From NCBI RefSeq assembly GCF_964355755.1, contig NC_092677.1:20730101-20794100 (forward strand): 64,000 nucleotides of DNA. Direction: 5' to 3'. Both the position numbers and the translations under genes were made by a program. The notes below the pieces were generated by a model. The model saw nothing but the letters and a program-made list of their open reading frames with translations, made no database searches and had not been told where the DNA came from. Below, one piece after another: positions 13,191-27,700 of this stretch. Source of the stretch: Antedon mediterranea. Its lineage: Eukaryota; Animalia; Echinodermata. How positions within the stretch are numbered: the stretch's first letter is position 1; the number at the start of each line of letters is the position of its first letter.

Positions 13191-16100
13191 CGTTTTAGAC
13201 CATTTTGTGATTTTCGAAAAAACTTGTTAACATAAAAACACCAAAGTGCTCAGAATACCTTCAAATCGTGTTTTGAGACGTTTTAGACCATTTTGTAATT
13301 TTCGAAAAAACTTGTTAACATAAAAACACCAAAGTGCTCAGAATACCTTCACATCGCATTTTGAGACGTTTTAGACCATTTTGTGATTTTCGAAAAAACT
13401 TGTTAACATAAAAACACCAAAGTGCTTAGAAAAGCTTGAAATCGCATTTGGAGACGTTTTAGACCATTTTGTGCATTTCGATGAAACTTGGTTAAAGTGC
13501 TTAAAATCACATTTTGAGCATTTCGTTAAAACTTTTCACACAAAAACATCAAAGAGTAAAAAATAGCTTAATATCGTATTTAAAAACGTTTTAGGCCATT
13601 TTGAGCATTTCGACAAAATTTTTTCACACAAAACATCAAAGTGTACAGAATAGCTTTAAATCGCATTTGGAGACGTTTTAGACCATTTTGTTCATTTCGA
13701 TGAAACAAAAACACAAAAACATCAAATTGCACAAAATGGCTTAATATGATATGGGAAAACGTTTTAGACCATTTTGAACATTTCGTTAAAAGTTTTCACA
13801 AAAAAACATCAAAGTCCACAAAATAGCTTAATATTGTATTTAAAAACGTTTTAGACCATTTTGAGCATTTCGAAAAAACTTTTTCACACAAAACATCAAA
13901 GTTTACAAAATAGCTTCAAATCGCATTTGGAGACGTTTTAGACCATTTTGTGATTTTCGAAAAAACTTGTTAACATAAAAACACCAAAGTGCTCAGAATA
14001 CCTTCAAATCGCATTTTGAGACGTTTTAGACCATTTTGTGATTTTCGAAAAAACTTGTTAACATAAAAACACCAGAGTGCTCAGAATACCTTCAAATCGT
14101 GTTTTGAGACGTTTTAGACCATTTTGTGATTTTGGAAAAACTTGTTAACATAAAAACACCAAAGTGCTCAGAATACCTTCAAATCGCATTTGGAGACGTT
14201 TTAGACCATTTTGTGATTTTCGAAAAAACTTGTTAACATAAAAACACCAAAGTGCTCAGAAAAGCTTCAAATCGCAATTGGAGACGTTTTAAACCATTTT
14301 GTTCATTTCGATGAAACTTGGTTACACAAAAACATCAAATTGCACAAAATGGCTTAATATGGTATGGGAAAACGTTTTAGACCATTTCGAACATTTCGAG
14401 AAAACTTTTTCACACAAAACTTCAAAGTGTACAGAATAGCTTCAAATCGCATTAGAAACCGTTTTAGACCATTTTGAGCATTTCGAAAAAACTTTTTCAC
14501 ACAAAACATCAAAGTTTACAAAATAGCTTCAAATCGCATTTGGAGACGTTTTAGACCATTTTGTGATTTTCGAAAAAACTTGTTAACATAAAAACACCAA
14601 AGTGCTCAGAATACCTTCAAATCGCATTTTGAGACGTTTTAGACCATTTTGTGATTTTCGAAAAAACTTGTTAACATAAAAATACCAAAGTGCTCAGAAT
14701 ACCTTCAAATCGTGTTTTGAGACGTTTTAGACCATTTTGTGATTTTCGAAAAAACTTGTTAACATAAAAACACCAAAGTGCTCAGAATACCTTCAAATCG
14801 CATTTGGAGACGTTTTAGACCATTTTGTGATTTTCGAAAAAACTTGTTAACATAAAAACACCAAAGTGCTCAGAAAAGCTTCAAATCGCATTTGGAGACG
14901 TTTTAAACCATTTTGTTCATTTCGATGAAACTTGGTTACACAAAAACATCAAAGAGCACAAAAGTATTTAAAAACCTTTTAGACCATTTTGAGCATTCCG
15001 ACAAAACTTTTTCACACAAAACATCAAAGTGTACAGAATAGCTTTAAATCGCATTTGGAGACGTTTTAGACCATTTTGTAGTTTTCGAAAAAACTTGTTA
15101 ACATAAAAACACAAAAGAGCTTCAAATCGCATTTGGAGACGTTTTAGACCCTTTTGTGCATTTCGATTAAACTTGGTTACACAAAAACATCAAAGTGCTT
15201 AAAATCACATTAGAAACCGTTTTAGACCATTTTGAGCATTTCGTTAAAACTTTTCACACAAAAACATCAAAGTCCACAAAATAGCTTAATATCGTATTTA
15301 AAAACGTTTTAGACAATTTTGAGCATTTCGAAAAAACTTTTTCACACAAAACATCAAAGTTTACAAAATAGCTTCAAATCGCATTTGGAGACGTTTTAGA
15401 CCATTTTGTGATTTTCGAAAAAACTTGTTAACATAAAAACACCAAAGTGCTCAGAATACCTTCAAATCGCATTTTGAGACGTGTTAGACCATTTTGTGAT
15501 TTTCGAAAAAACAACATAAAAACACCAAAGTGCTCAGAATACCTTCAAATTGCATTTGGAGACGTTTTAGACCATTTTGTGATTTTGGAAAAAACTTGTT
15601 AACATAAAAACACCAAAGTGCTCAGAATACCTTCAAATCGTATTTTGAGACGTTTTAGACAATTTTGTGATTTTCGAAAAAACTTGTTAACATAAAAACA
15701 CCAAAGTCCTTAGAAAAGCTTCAAATCGCATTTGGAGACGTTTTAGACCATTTTGTGCATTTCGATGAAACTTGGTTACACAAAAACATCAAAGTGTACA
15801 GAATAGCTTCAAATCGCATTAGAAACCGTTTTAGACCATTTTGAGCATTTCGAAAAAACTTTTTCACACAAAACATCAAAGTGTACAAAATAGCTTCAAA
15901 TCGCATTTGGAGACGTTTTAGACAATTTTGTGATTTTCGAAAAAACTTGTTTACATAAAAACACCAAAGTGCTAAGAATAGCTTCCAATCGCATTTGGAG
16001 ACGTTTTAGACCCTTTTGTGCATTTCGATGAAACTTGGTTACACAAAAACATCAAAGTGCTTAAAATCACATTAGAAACCGTTTTAGACCATTTTGAGCA

Positions 16101-19100
16101 TTTCGTTAAAATTTTTCACAGAAAAACATCAAAGAGCAAAAAATAGCTTAATATCGTATTTAAAAACGTTTTAGACCATTTTGAGCATTTCGACAAAACT
16201 TTTTCACACAAAACATCAAAGTGTACAGAATAGCTTAATATCGCATTTGGAGACGTTTTAACCCATTTTGAGCATTTCGATACAATTTTACACACAAAAA
16301 CATCAAAGTGCACAAAATAGCTTAATATGGTATTTAAAAACGTTTTAGAACATTTTGAGCATTTCAACAAAACTTTTTCTCACAAAACATCAAAGTGTAC
16401 AGAATAGCTTCAAATCGCATTTGGAGACGTTTTAGACCATTTTGTGCATTTCGATGAAACTTGGTTACACAAAAACATCAAAGTGCTTAAAATCACATTT
16501 TGAGCATTTCGTTAAAACTTTTCACACAAAAACATCAAAGAGTAAAAAATAGCTTAATATCGTATTTAAAAACGTTTTAGACCATTTTGAGCATTTCGAC
16601 AAAATTTTTTCACACAAAACATCAAAGTGTACAGAATAGCTTTAAATCGCATTTGGAGACGTTTTAGACCATTTTGTTAATTTCGATGAAACAAAAACAC
16701 AAAAACATCAAATTGTACAAAATGGCTTAATATGATATGGGAAAACGTTTTAGACCATTTTGAACATTTCGTTAAAAGTTTTCACACAAAAACATCAAAG
16801 TCCACAAAATAGCTTAATATCGTATTTAAAAACGTTTTAGACCATTTTGAGCATTTCGAAAAAACTTTTTCACACAAAACATCAAAGTTTACAAAATAGC
16901 TTCAAATCGCATTTGGAGACGTTTTAGACCATTTTGTGATTTTCGAAAAAACTTGTTAACATAAAAACACCAAAGTGCTCAGAATACCTTCAAATCGCAT
17001 TTTGAGACGTTTTAGACCATTTTGTGATTTTCGAAAAAACTTGTTAACATAAAAACACCAAAGTGCTCAGAATACCTTCAAATCGTGTTTTGAGACGTTT
17101 TAGACCATTTTGTGATTTTCGAAAAAACTTGTTAACATAAAAACACCAAAGTGCTCAGAATACCTTCAAATCGAATTTTGAGACGTTTTAGACCATTTTG
17201 TGATTTTCGAAAAAACTTGTTAACATAAAAACACCAAAGTGCTCAGAATACCTTCAAATCGTGTTTTGAGACGTTTTAGACCATTTTGTGATTTTCGAAA
17301 AAACTTGTTAACATAAAAACACCAAAGTGCTTAGAAAAGCTTCAAATCGCATTTGGAGACGTTTTAGACCATTTTGTTCATTTCGATGAAACTTGGTTAC
17401 ACAAAAACATCAAAGAGCACAAAAGATCTTAATATCGTATTTAAAAACGTTTTAGACCATTTTGAGCATTTCGAAAAAACTTTTTCACACAAAACATCAA
17501 AGTGTACAAAATAGCTTCAAATCGCATTTTGAGACGTTTTAGACAATTTTGTGATTTTCGAAAAAACTTGTTTACATAAAAACACCAAAGTGCTTAGAAA
17601 AGCTTCAAATCGCATTTGGAGACGTTTTAAACCATTTTGTTCATTTCGATGAAACTTGGTTACACAAAAACATCAAAGAGCACAAAAGTATTTAAAAACG
17701 TTTTAGACCATTTTGAGCATTCCGTCAAAACTTTTTCACACAAAACATCAAAGTGTACAGAATAGCTTTAAATCGCATTTGGAGACGTTTTAGACCATTT
17801 TGTAGTTTTCGAAAAAACTTGTTAACATAAAAACACAAAAGAGCTTCAAATCGCATTTGGAGACGTTTTAGACCCTTTTGTGCATTTCGATGAAACTTGG
17901 TTACACAAAAACATCAAAGTGCTTAAAATCACATTAGAAACCGTTTTAGACCATTTTGAGCATTTCGTTAAAACTTTTCACACAAAAACATCAAAGTCCA
18001 CAAAATAGCTTAATATCGTATTTAAAAACGTTTTAGACCATTTTGAGCATTTCGAAAAAACTTTTTCACACAAAACATCAAAGTTTACAAAATAGCTTCA
18101 AATCGCATTTGGAGACGTTTTAGACCATTTTGTGATTTTCGAAAAAACTTGTTAACATAAAAACACCAAAGTGCTCAGAAAAGCTTCAAATCGCATTTGG
18201 AGACGTTTTAAACCATTTTGTTCATTTCGATGAAACTTGGTTACACAAAAACATCAAAGAGCACAAAAGTATTTAAAAACGTTTTAGACCATTTTGAGCA
18301 TTCCGACAAAACTTTTTCACACAAAACATCAAAGTGTACAGAATAGCTTTAAATCGCATTTGGAGACGTTTTAACCCATTTTGAGCATTTCGATAAAATT
18401 TTACACACAAAAACATCAAAGTGCACAAAATAGCTTAATATGGTATTTAAAAACGTTTTAGACCATTTTGAGCATTTCAACAAAACTTTTTCTCACAAAA
18501 CATCAAAGTGTACAGAATAGCTTCAAATCGCATTTGGAGACGTTTTAGACCATTTTGTGCATTTCGATGAAACTTGGTTACACAAAAACATCAAAGTGCT
18601 TAAAATCACATTTTGAGCATTTCGTTAAAACTTTTCACACAAAAACATCAAAGTCCACAAAATAGCTTAATATCGTATTTAAAAACGTTTTAGACCATTT
18701 TGAGCATTTCGAAAAAACTTTTCCACACAAAACATCAAAGTTTACAAAATAGCTTCAAATCGCATTTGGAGACGTTTTAGACCATTTTGTGATTTTCGTA
18801 AAAACTTGTTAACATAAAAACACCAAAGTGCTTAGAAAAGCTTCAAATCGCATTTGGAGACGTTTTAGACCATTTTGTGCATTTCGATGAAACTTGGTTA
18901 CACAAAAACATCAAAGTGCTTAAAATCACATTTTGAACATTTCGTTAAAAGTTTTCACACAAAAACATCAAAGAGTAAAAAATAGCTTAATATCGTATTT
19001 AAAAACGTTTTAGACCATTTTGAGCATTTCGAAAAAACTTTTCCACACAAAACATCAAAGTTTACAAAATAGCTTCAAATCGCATTTGGAGACGTTTTAG

Positions 19101-19769
19101 ACCATTTTGTGATTTTCGAAAAAACTTGTTAACATAAAAACACCAAAGTGCTCAGAATACCTTCAAATCGCATTTGGAGACGTTTTAGACCATTTTGTGA
19201 TTTTCGAAAAAACTTGTTAACATAAAAACACCAAAGTGCTCAGAAAAGCTTCAAATCGCATTTGGAGACGTTTTAAACCATTTTGTTCATTTCGATGAAA
19301 CTTGGTTACACAAAAACATCAAAGAGCACAAAAGTATTTAAAAACGTTTTAGACCATTTTGAGCATTCCGACAAAACTTTTTCACACAAAACATCAAAGT
19401 GTACAGAATAGCTTTAAATCGCATTTGGAGACGTTTTAGACCATTTTGTAGTTTTCGAAAAAACTTGTTAACATAAAAACACAAAAGAGCTTCAAATCGC
19501 ATTTGGAGACGTTTTTGACCCTTTTGTGCATTTCGATGAAACTTGGTTACACAAAAACATCAAAGTGCTTAAAATCACATTAGAAACCGTTTTAGACCAT
19601 TTTGAGCATTTCGTTAAAACTTTTCACACAAAAACATCAAAGTCCACAAAATAGCTTAATATCGTATTTAAAAACGTTTTAGACAATTTTGAGCATTTCG
19701 AAAAAACTTTTTCACACAAAACATCAAAGTTTACAAAATAGCTTCAAATCGCATTTGGAGACGTTTTAG

Positions 19770-22700
19770 ACCATTTTGTGATTTTCGAAAAAACTTGTTA
19801 ACATAAAAACACCAAAGTGCTCAGAATACCTTCAAATCGCATTTTGAGACGTTTTAGACCATTTTGTTCATTTCGATGAAACAAAAACACAAAAACATCA
19901 AATTGCACAAAATGGCTTAATATGATATGGGAAAACGTTTTAAACCATTTTGAACATTTCGTTAAAAGTTTTCACACAAAAACATCAAAGTCCACAAAAT
20001 AGCTTAATATCGTATTTAAAAACGTTTTAGACCATTTTGAGCATTTCGAAAAAACTTTTCCACACAAAACATCAAAGTTTACAAAATAGCTTCAAATCGC
20101 ATTTGGAGACGTTTTAGACCATTTTGTGATTTTCGAAAAAAATTGTTAACATAAAAACACAAAAGTGCTCAGAATACCTTCAAATCGCATTTGGAGACGT
20201 TTTAGACCATTTTGTGATTTTCGAAAAAACTTGTTTACATAAAAACACCAAAGTGCTTAGAAAAGCTTCAAATCGCATTTGGAGACGTTTTAAACCATTT
20301 TGTTCATTTCGATGAAACTTGGTTACACAAAAACATCAAAGAGCACAAAAGTATTTAAAAATGTTTTAGACCATTTTGTGCATTCCGACAAAACTTTTTC
20401 ACACAAAACATCAAAGTGTACAGAATAGCTTTAAATCGCATTTGGAGACGTTTTAGACCATTTTGTAGTTTTCGAAAAAACTTGTTAACATAAAAACACC
20501 AAAGAGCTTCAAATCGCATTTGGAGACGTTTTAGACCCTTTTGTGCATTTCGATGAAACTTGGTTACACAAAAACATCAAAGTGCTTAAAATCACATTAG
20601 AAACCGTTTTAGACCATTTTGAGCATTTCGTTAAAACTTTTCACACAAAAACATCAAAGTCCACAAAATAGCTTAATATCGTATTTAAAAACGTTTTAGA
20701 CCATTTTGAGCATTTCGAAAAAACTTTTTCACACAAAACATCAAAGTTTACAAAATAGCTTCAAATCGCATTTGGAGACGTTTTAGACCATTTTGTGATT
20801 TTCGAAAAAACTTGTTAACATAAAAACACCAAAGTGCTCAGAATACCTTCAAATCGCATTTTGAGACGTTTTAGACCATTTTGTGATTTTCGAAAAAACA
20901 ACATAAAAACACCAAAATGCTCAGAATACCTTCAAATCGCATTTGGAGACGTTTTAGACCATTTTGTGATTTTCGAAAAAACTTGTTAACATAAAAACAC
21001 CAAAGTGCTCAGAATACCTTCAAATCGTATTTTGAGACGTTTTAGACAATTTTGTGATTTTCGAAAAAACTTGTTAACATAAAAACACCAAAGTGCTTAG
21101 AAAAGCTTCAAATCGCATTTGGAGACGTTTTAGACCATTTTGTGCATTTCGATGAAACTTGGTTACACAAAAACATCAAAGTGTACAGAATAGCTTCAAA
21201 TCGCATTAGAAACCGTTTTAGACCATTTTGAGCATTTCGAAAAAACTTTTTCACACCAAACATCAAAGTGTACAAAATAGCTTCAAATCGCATTTGGAGA
21301 CGTTTTAGACAATTTTGTGATTTTCGAAAAAACTTGTTTACATAAAAACACGAAAGTGCTAAGAATAGCTTCCAATCGCATTTGGAGACGTTTTAGACCC
21401 TTTTGTGTATTTCGATGAAACTTGGTTACACAAAAACATCAAAGTGCTTAAAATCACATTAGAAACCGTTTTAGACCATTTTGAGCATTTCGTTAAAATT
21501 TTTCACAGAAAAACATCAAAGAGCAAAAAATAGCTTAATATCGTATTTAAAAACGTTTTAGACCATTTTGAGCATTTCGACAAAACTTTTTCACACAAAA
21601 TATCAAAGTGTACAGAATAGCTTCAAATCGCATTTTGAGACGTTTTAACCCATTTTGAGCATTTCGATAAAATTTTACACACAAAAACATCAAAGTGCAC
21701 AAAATAGCTTAATATGGTATTTAAAAACGTTTTAGACCATTTTGAGCAATTCAACAAAACTTTTTCTCACAAAACATCAAATTGTACAGAATAGCTTCAA
21801 ATCGCATTTGGAGACGTTTTAGACCATTTTGTGCATTTCGATGAAACTTGGTTACACAAAAACATCAAAGTGCTTAAAATCACATTTTGAGCATTTCGTT
21901 AAAACTTTTCACACAAAAACATCAAAGTCCACAAAATAGCTTAATATCGTATTTAAAAACGTTTTAGACCATTTTGAGCATTTCGAAAAAACTTTTCCAC
22001 ACAAAACATCAAAGTTTACAAAATAGCTTCAAATCGCATTTGGAGACGTTTTAGACCATTTTGTGATTTTCGAAAAAACTTGATAACATAAAAACACCAA
22101 AGTTCTCAGAATACCTTCAAATCGTGTTTTGAGACGTTTTAGACCATTTTGTAATTTTCGAAAAAACTTGTTAACATAAAAACACCAAAGTGCTCAGAAT
22201 ACCTTCACATCGCATTTTGAGACGTTTTAGACCATTTTGTGATTTTCGAAAAAACTTGTTAACATAAAAACACCAAAGTGCTCAGAATACCTTCAAATCG
22301 CATTTTGAGACGTTTTAGACCATTTTGTTCATTTCGATGAAACAAAAACACAAAAACATCAAATTGCACAAAATGGCTTAATATGATATGGGAAAACGTT
22401 TTAAACCATTTTGAACATTTCGTTAAAAGTTTTCACACAAAAACATCAAAGTCCACAAAATAGCTTAATATCGTATTTAAAAACGTTTTAGACCATTTTG
22501 AGCATTTCGAAAAAACTTTTCCACACAAAACATCAAAGTTTACAAAATAGCTTCAAATCGCATTTGGAGACGTTTTAGACCATTTTGTGATTTTCGAAAA
22601 AAATTGTTAACATAAAAACACAAAAGTGCTCAGAATACCTTCAAATCGCATTTGGAGACGTTTTAGACCATTTTGTGATTTTCGATGAAACAAAAACACA

Positions 22701-24730
22701 AAAACATCAAATTGCACAAAATGGCTTAATATGATATGGGAAAACGTTTTAAACCATTTTGTTCATTTCGATGAAACTTGGTTACACAAAAACATCAAAG
22801 AGCACAAAAGTATTTAAAAATGTTTTAGACCATTTTGTGCATTCCGACAAAACTTTTTCACACAAAACATCAAAGTGTACAGAATAGCTTTAAATCGCAT
22901 TTGGAGACGTTTTAGACCATTTTGTAGTTTTCGAAAAAACTTGTTAACATAAAAACACCAAAGAGCTTCAAATCGCATTTGGAGACGTTTTAGACCCTTT
23001 TGTGCATTTCGATGAAACTTGGTTACACAAAAACATCAAAGTGCTTAAAATCACATTAGAAACCGTTTTAGACCATTTTGAGCATTTCGTTAAAACTTTT
23101 CACACAAAAACATCAAAGTCCACAAAATAGCTTAATATCGTATTTAAAAACGTTTTAGACCATTTTGAGCATTTCGAAAAAACTTTTTCACACAAAACAT
23201 CAAAGTTTACAAAATAGCTTCAAATCGCATTTGGAGACGTTTTAGACCATTTTGTGATTTTCGAAAAAACTTGTTAACATAAAAACACCAAAGTGCTCAG
23301 AATACCTTCAAATCGCATTTTGAGACGTTTTAGACCATTTTGTGATTTTCGAAAAAACAACATAAAAACACCAAAATGCTCAGAATACCTTCAAATCGCA
23401 TTTGGAGACGTTTTAGACCATTTTGTGATTTTCGAAAAAACTTGTTAACATAAAAACACCAAAGTGCTCAGAATACCTTCAAATCGTATTTTGAGACGTT
23501 TTAGACAATTTTGTGATTTTCGAAAAAACTTGTTAACATAAAAACACCAAAGTGTTTAGAAAAGCTTCAAATCGCATTTGGAGACGTTTTAGACCATTTT
23601 GTGCATTTCGATGAAACTTGGTTACACAAAAACATCAAAGTGTACAGAATAGCTTCAAATCGCATTAGAAACCGTTTTAGACCATTTTGAGCATTTCGAA
23701 AAAACTTTTTCACACCAAACATCAAAGTGTACAAAATAGCTTCAAATCGCATTTGGAGACGTTTTAGACAATTTTGTGATTTTCGAAAAAACTTGTTTAC
23801 ATAAAAACACGAAAGTGCTAAGAATAGCTTCCAATCGCATTTGGAGACGTTTTAGACCCTTTTGTGCATTTCGATGAAACTTGGTTACACAAAAACATCA
23901 AAGTGCTTAAAATCACATTAGAAACCGTTTTAGACCATTTTGAGCATTTCGTTAAAATTTTTCACAGAAAAACATCAAAGAGCAAAAGATAGCTTAATAT
24001 CGTATTTAAAAACGTTTTAGACCATTTTGAGCATTTCGACAAAACTTTTTCACACAAAATATCAAAGTGTACAGAATAGCTTCAAATCGCATTTTGAGAC
24101 GTTTTAACCCATTTTGAGCATTTCGATAAAATTTTACACACAAAAACATCAAAGTGCACAAAATAGCTTAATATGGTATTTAAAAACGTTTTAGACCATT
24201 TTGAGCAATTCAACAAAACTTTTTCTCACAAAACATCAAATTGTACAGAATAGCTTCAAATCGCATTTGGAGACGTTTTAGACCATTTTGTGCATTTCGA
24301 TGAAACTTGGTTACACAAAAACATCAAAGTGCTTAAAATCACATTTTGAGCATTTCGTTAAAACTTTTCACACAAAAACATCAAAGTCCACAAAATAGCT
24401 TAATATCGTATTTAAAAACGTTTTAGACCATTTTGAGCATTTCGAAAAAACTTTTCCACACAAAACATCAAAGTTTACAAAATAGCTTCAAATCGCATTT
24501 GGAGACGCTTTAGACCATTTTGTGATTTTCGAAAAAACTTGATAACATAAAAACACCAAAGTGCTCAGAATACCTTCAAATCGTGTTTTGAGACGTTTTA
24601 GACCATTTTGTAATTTTCGAAAAAACTTGTTAACATAAAAACACCAAAGTGCTCAGAATACCTTCACATCGCATTTTGAGACGTTTTAGACCATTTTGTG
24701 ATTTTCGAAAAAACTTGTTAACATAAAAAC
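19770..24730 (+). repeat. Tandem duplication, period 2461/2459 bp
   Basis: Private variants AAAAATGTTTT (~20362/22821), CACCAAAATGC (~20915/23374) and CAAATTGTAC (~21780/24240) are shared. Identical ORFs occur at 21108 and 23567. Confidence 0.9.
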
Positions 24731-27700
24731 ACCAAAGTGCTTAGAAAAGCTTGAAATCGCATTTGGAGACGTTTTAGACCATTTTGTGCATTTCGATGAA
24801 ACTTGGTTACACAAAAACATCAAAGTGCTTAAAATCACATTTTGAGCATTTCGTTAAAACTTTTCACACAAAAACATCAAAGAGTAAAAAATAGCTTAAT
24901 ATCGTATTTAAAAACGTTTTAGACCATTTTGAGCATTTCGACAAAATTTTTTCACACAAAACATCAAAGTGTACAGAATAGCTTTAAATCGCATTTGGAG
25001 ACGTTTTAGACCATTTTGTTCATTTCGATGAAACAAAAACACAAAAACATCAAATTGCACAAAATGGCTTAATATGATATGGGAAAACGTTTTAGACCAT
25101 TTTGAACATTTCGTTAAAAGTTTTCACACAAAAACATCAAAGTCCACAAAATAGCTTAATATCGTATTTAAAAACGTTTTAGACCATTTTGAGCAGTTCG
25201 AAAAAACTTTTTCACACAAAACATCAAAGTTTACAAAATAGCTTCAAATCGCATTTGGAGACGTTATAGACCATTTTGTGATTTTCGAAAAAACTTGTTA
25301 ACATAAAAACACCAAAGTGCTCAGAATACGTTCAAATCGCATTTTGAGACGTTTTAGACCATTTTGTGATTTTCGAAAAAACTTGTTAACATAAAAACAC
25401 CAAAGTGCTTAGAAAAGCTTCAAATCGCATTTGGAGATGTTTTAGACCATTTTGTTCATTTCGATGAAACTTGGTTACACAAAAACATCAAAGAGCACAA
25501 AAGATCTTAATATCGTATTTAAAAACGTTTTAGACCATTTTGAGCATTTCGAAAAAACTTTTTCACACAAAACATCAAAGTGTACAAAATAGCTTCAAAT
25601 CGCATTTGGAGACGTTTTAGACAATTTTGTGATTTTCGAAAAAACTTGTTTACATAAAAACACCAAAGTGCTTAGAAAAGCTTCAAATCGCATTTGGAGA
25701 CGTTTTAAACCATTTTGTTCATTTCGATGAAACTTGGTTACACAAAAACATCAAAGAGCACAAAAGATCTTAATATCGTAATTAAAAACGTTTTAGACCA
25801 TTTTGAGCATTTCGAAAAAACTTTTTCACACAAAACATCAAAGTGTACAAAATAGCTTCAAATCGCATTTTGAGACGTTTTAGACAATTTTGTGATTTTC
25901 GAAAAAACTTGTTTACATAAAAACACCAAAGTGCTTAGAAAAGCTTCAAATCGCATTTGGAGACGTTTTAAACCATTTTGTTCATTTCGATGAAACTTGG
26001 TTACACAAAAACATCAAAGAGCACAAAAGTATTTAAAAACGTTTTAGACCATTTTGAGCATTCCGTCAAAACTTTTTCACACAAAACATCAAAGTGTACA
26101 GAATAGCTTTAAATCGCATTTGGAGACGTTTTAGACCATTTTGTAGTTTTCGAAAAAACTTGTTAACATAAAAACACAAAAGAGCTTCAAATCGCATTTG
26201 GAGACGTTTTAGACCCTTTTGTGCATTTCGATGAAACTTGGTTACACAAAAACATCAAAGTGCTTAAAATCACATTAGAAACCGTTTTTGACCATTTTGA
26301 GCATTTCGTTAAAACTTTTCACACAAAAACATCAAAGTCCACAAAATAGCTTAATATCGTATTTAAAAACGTTTTAGACCATTTTGAGCATTTCGAAAAA
26401 ACTTTTTCACACAAAACATCAAAGTTTACAAAATAGCTTCAAATCGCATTTGGAGACGTTTTAGACCATTTTGTGATTTTCGAAAAAACTTGTTAACATA
26501 AAAACACCAAAGTGCTCAGAAAAGCTTCAAATCGCATTTGGAGACGTTTTAAACCATTTTGTTCATTTCGATGAAACTTGGTTACACAAAAACATCAAAG
26601 AGCACAAAAGTATTTAAAAACGTTTTAGACCATTTTGAGCATTCCGACAAAACTTTTTCACACAAAACATCAAAGTGTACAGAATAGCTTTAAATCGCAT
26701 TTGGAGACGTTTTAGACCATTTTGAGCATTTCGACAAAACTTTTTCACACAAAACATCAAAGTGTACAGAATAGCTTCAAATCGCATTTGGAGACGTTTT
26801 AACCCATTTTGAGCATTTCGATAAAATTTTACACACAAAAACATCAAAGTGCACAAAATAGCTTAATATGGTATTTAAAAACGTTTTAGACCATTTTGAG
26901 CATTTCAACAAAACTTTTTCTCACAAAACATCAAAGTGTACAGAATAGCTTCAAATCGCATTTGGAGACGTTTTAGACCATTTTGTGCATTTCGATGAAA
27001 CTTGGTTACACAAAAACATCAAAGTGCTTAAAATCACATTTTGAGCATTTCGTTAAAACTTTTCACACAAAAACATCAAAGTCCACAAAATAGCTTAATA
27101 TCGTATTTAAAAACGTTTTAGACCATTTTGAGCATTTCGAAAAAACTTTTCCACACAAAACATCAAAGTTTACAAAATAGCTTCAAATCGCATTTGGAGA
27201 CGTTTTAGACCATTTTGTGATTTTCGAAAAAACTTGATAACATAAAAACACCAAAGTGCTCAGAATACCTTCAAATCGTGTTTTGAGACGTTTTAGACCA
27301 TTTTGTAATTTTCGAAAAAACTTGTTAACATAAAAACACCAAAGTGCTCAGAATACCTTCACATCGCATTTTGAGACGTTTTAGAGCATTTTGTGATTTT
27401 CGAAAAAACTTGTTAACATAAAAACACCAAAGTGCTTAGAAAAGCTTGAAATCGCATTTGGAGACGTTTTAGACCATTTTGTGAATTTCGATGAAACTTG
27501 GTTACACAAAAACATCAAAGTGCTTAAAATCACATTTTGAGCATTTCGTTAAAACTTTTCACACAAAAACATCAAAGAGTAAAAAATAGCTTAATATCGT
27601 ATTTAAAAACGTTTTAGACCATTTTGAGCATTTCGACAAAATTTTTTCACACAAAACATCAAAGTGTACAGAATAGCTTTAAATCGCATTTGGAGACGTT

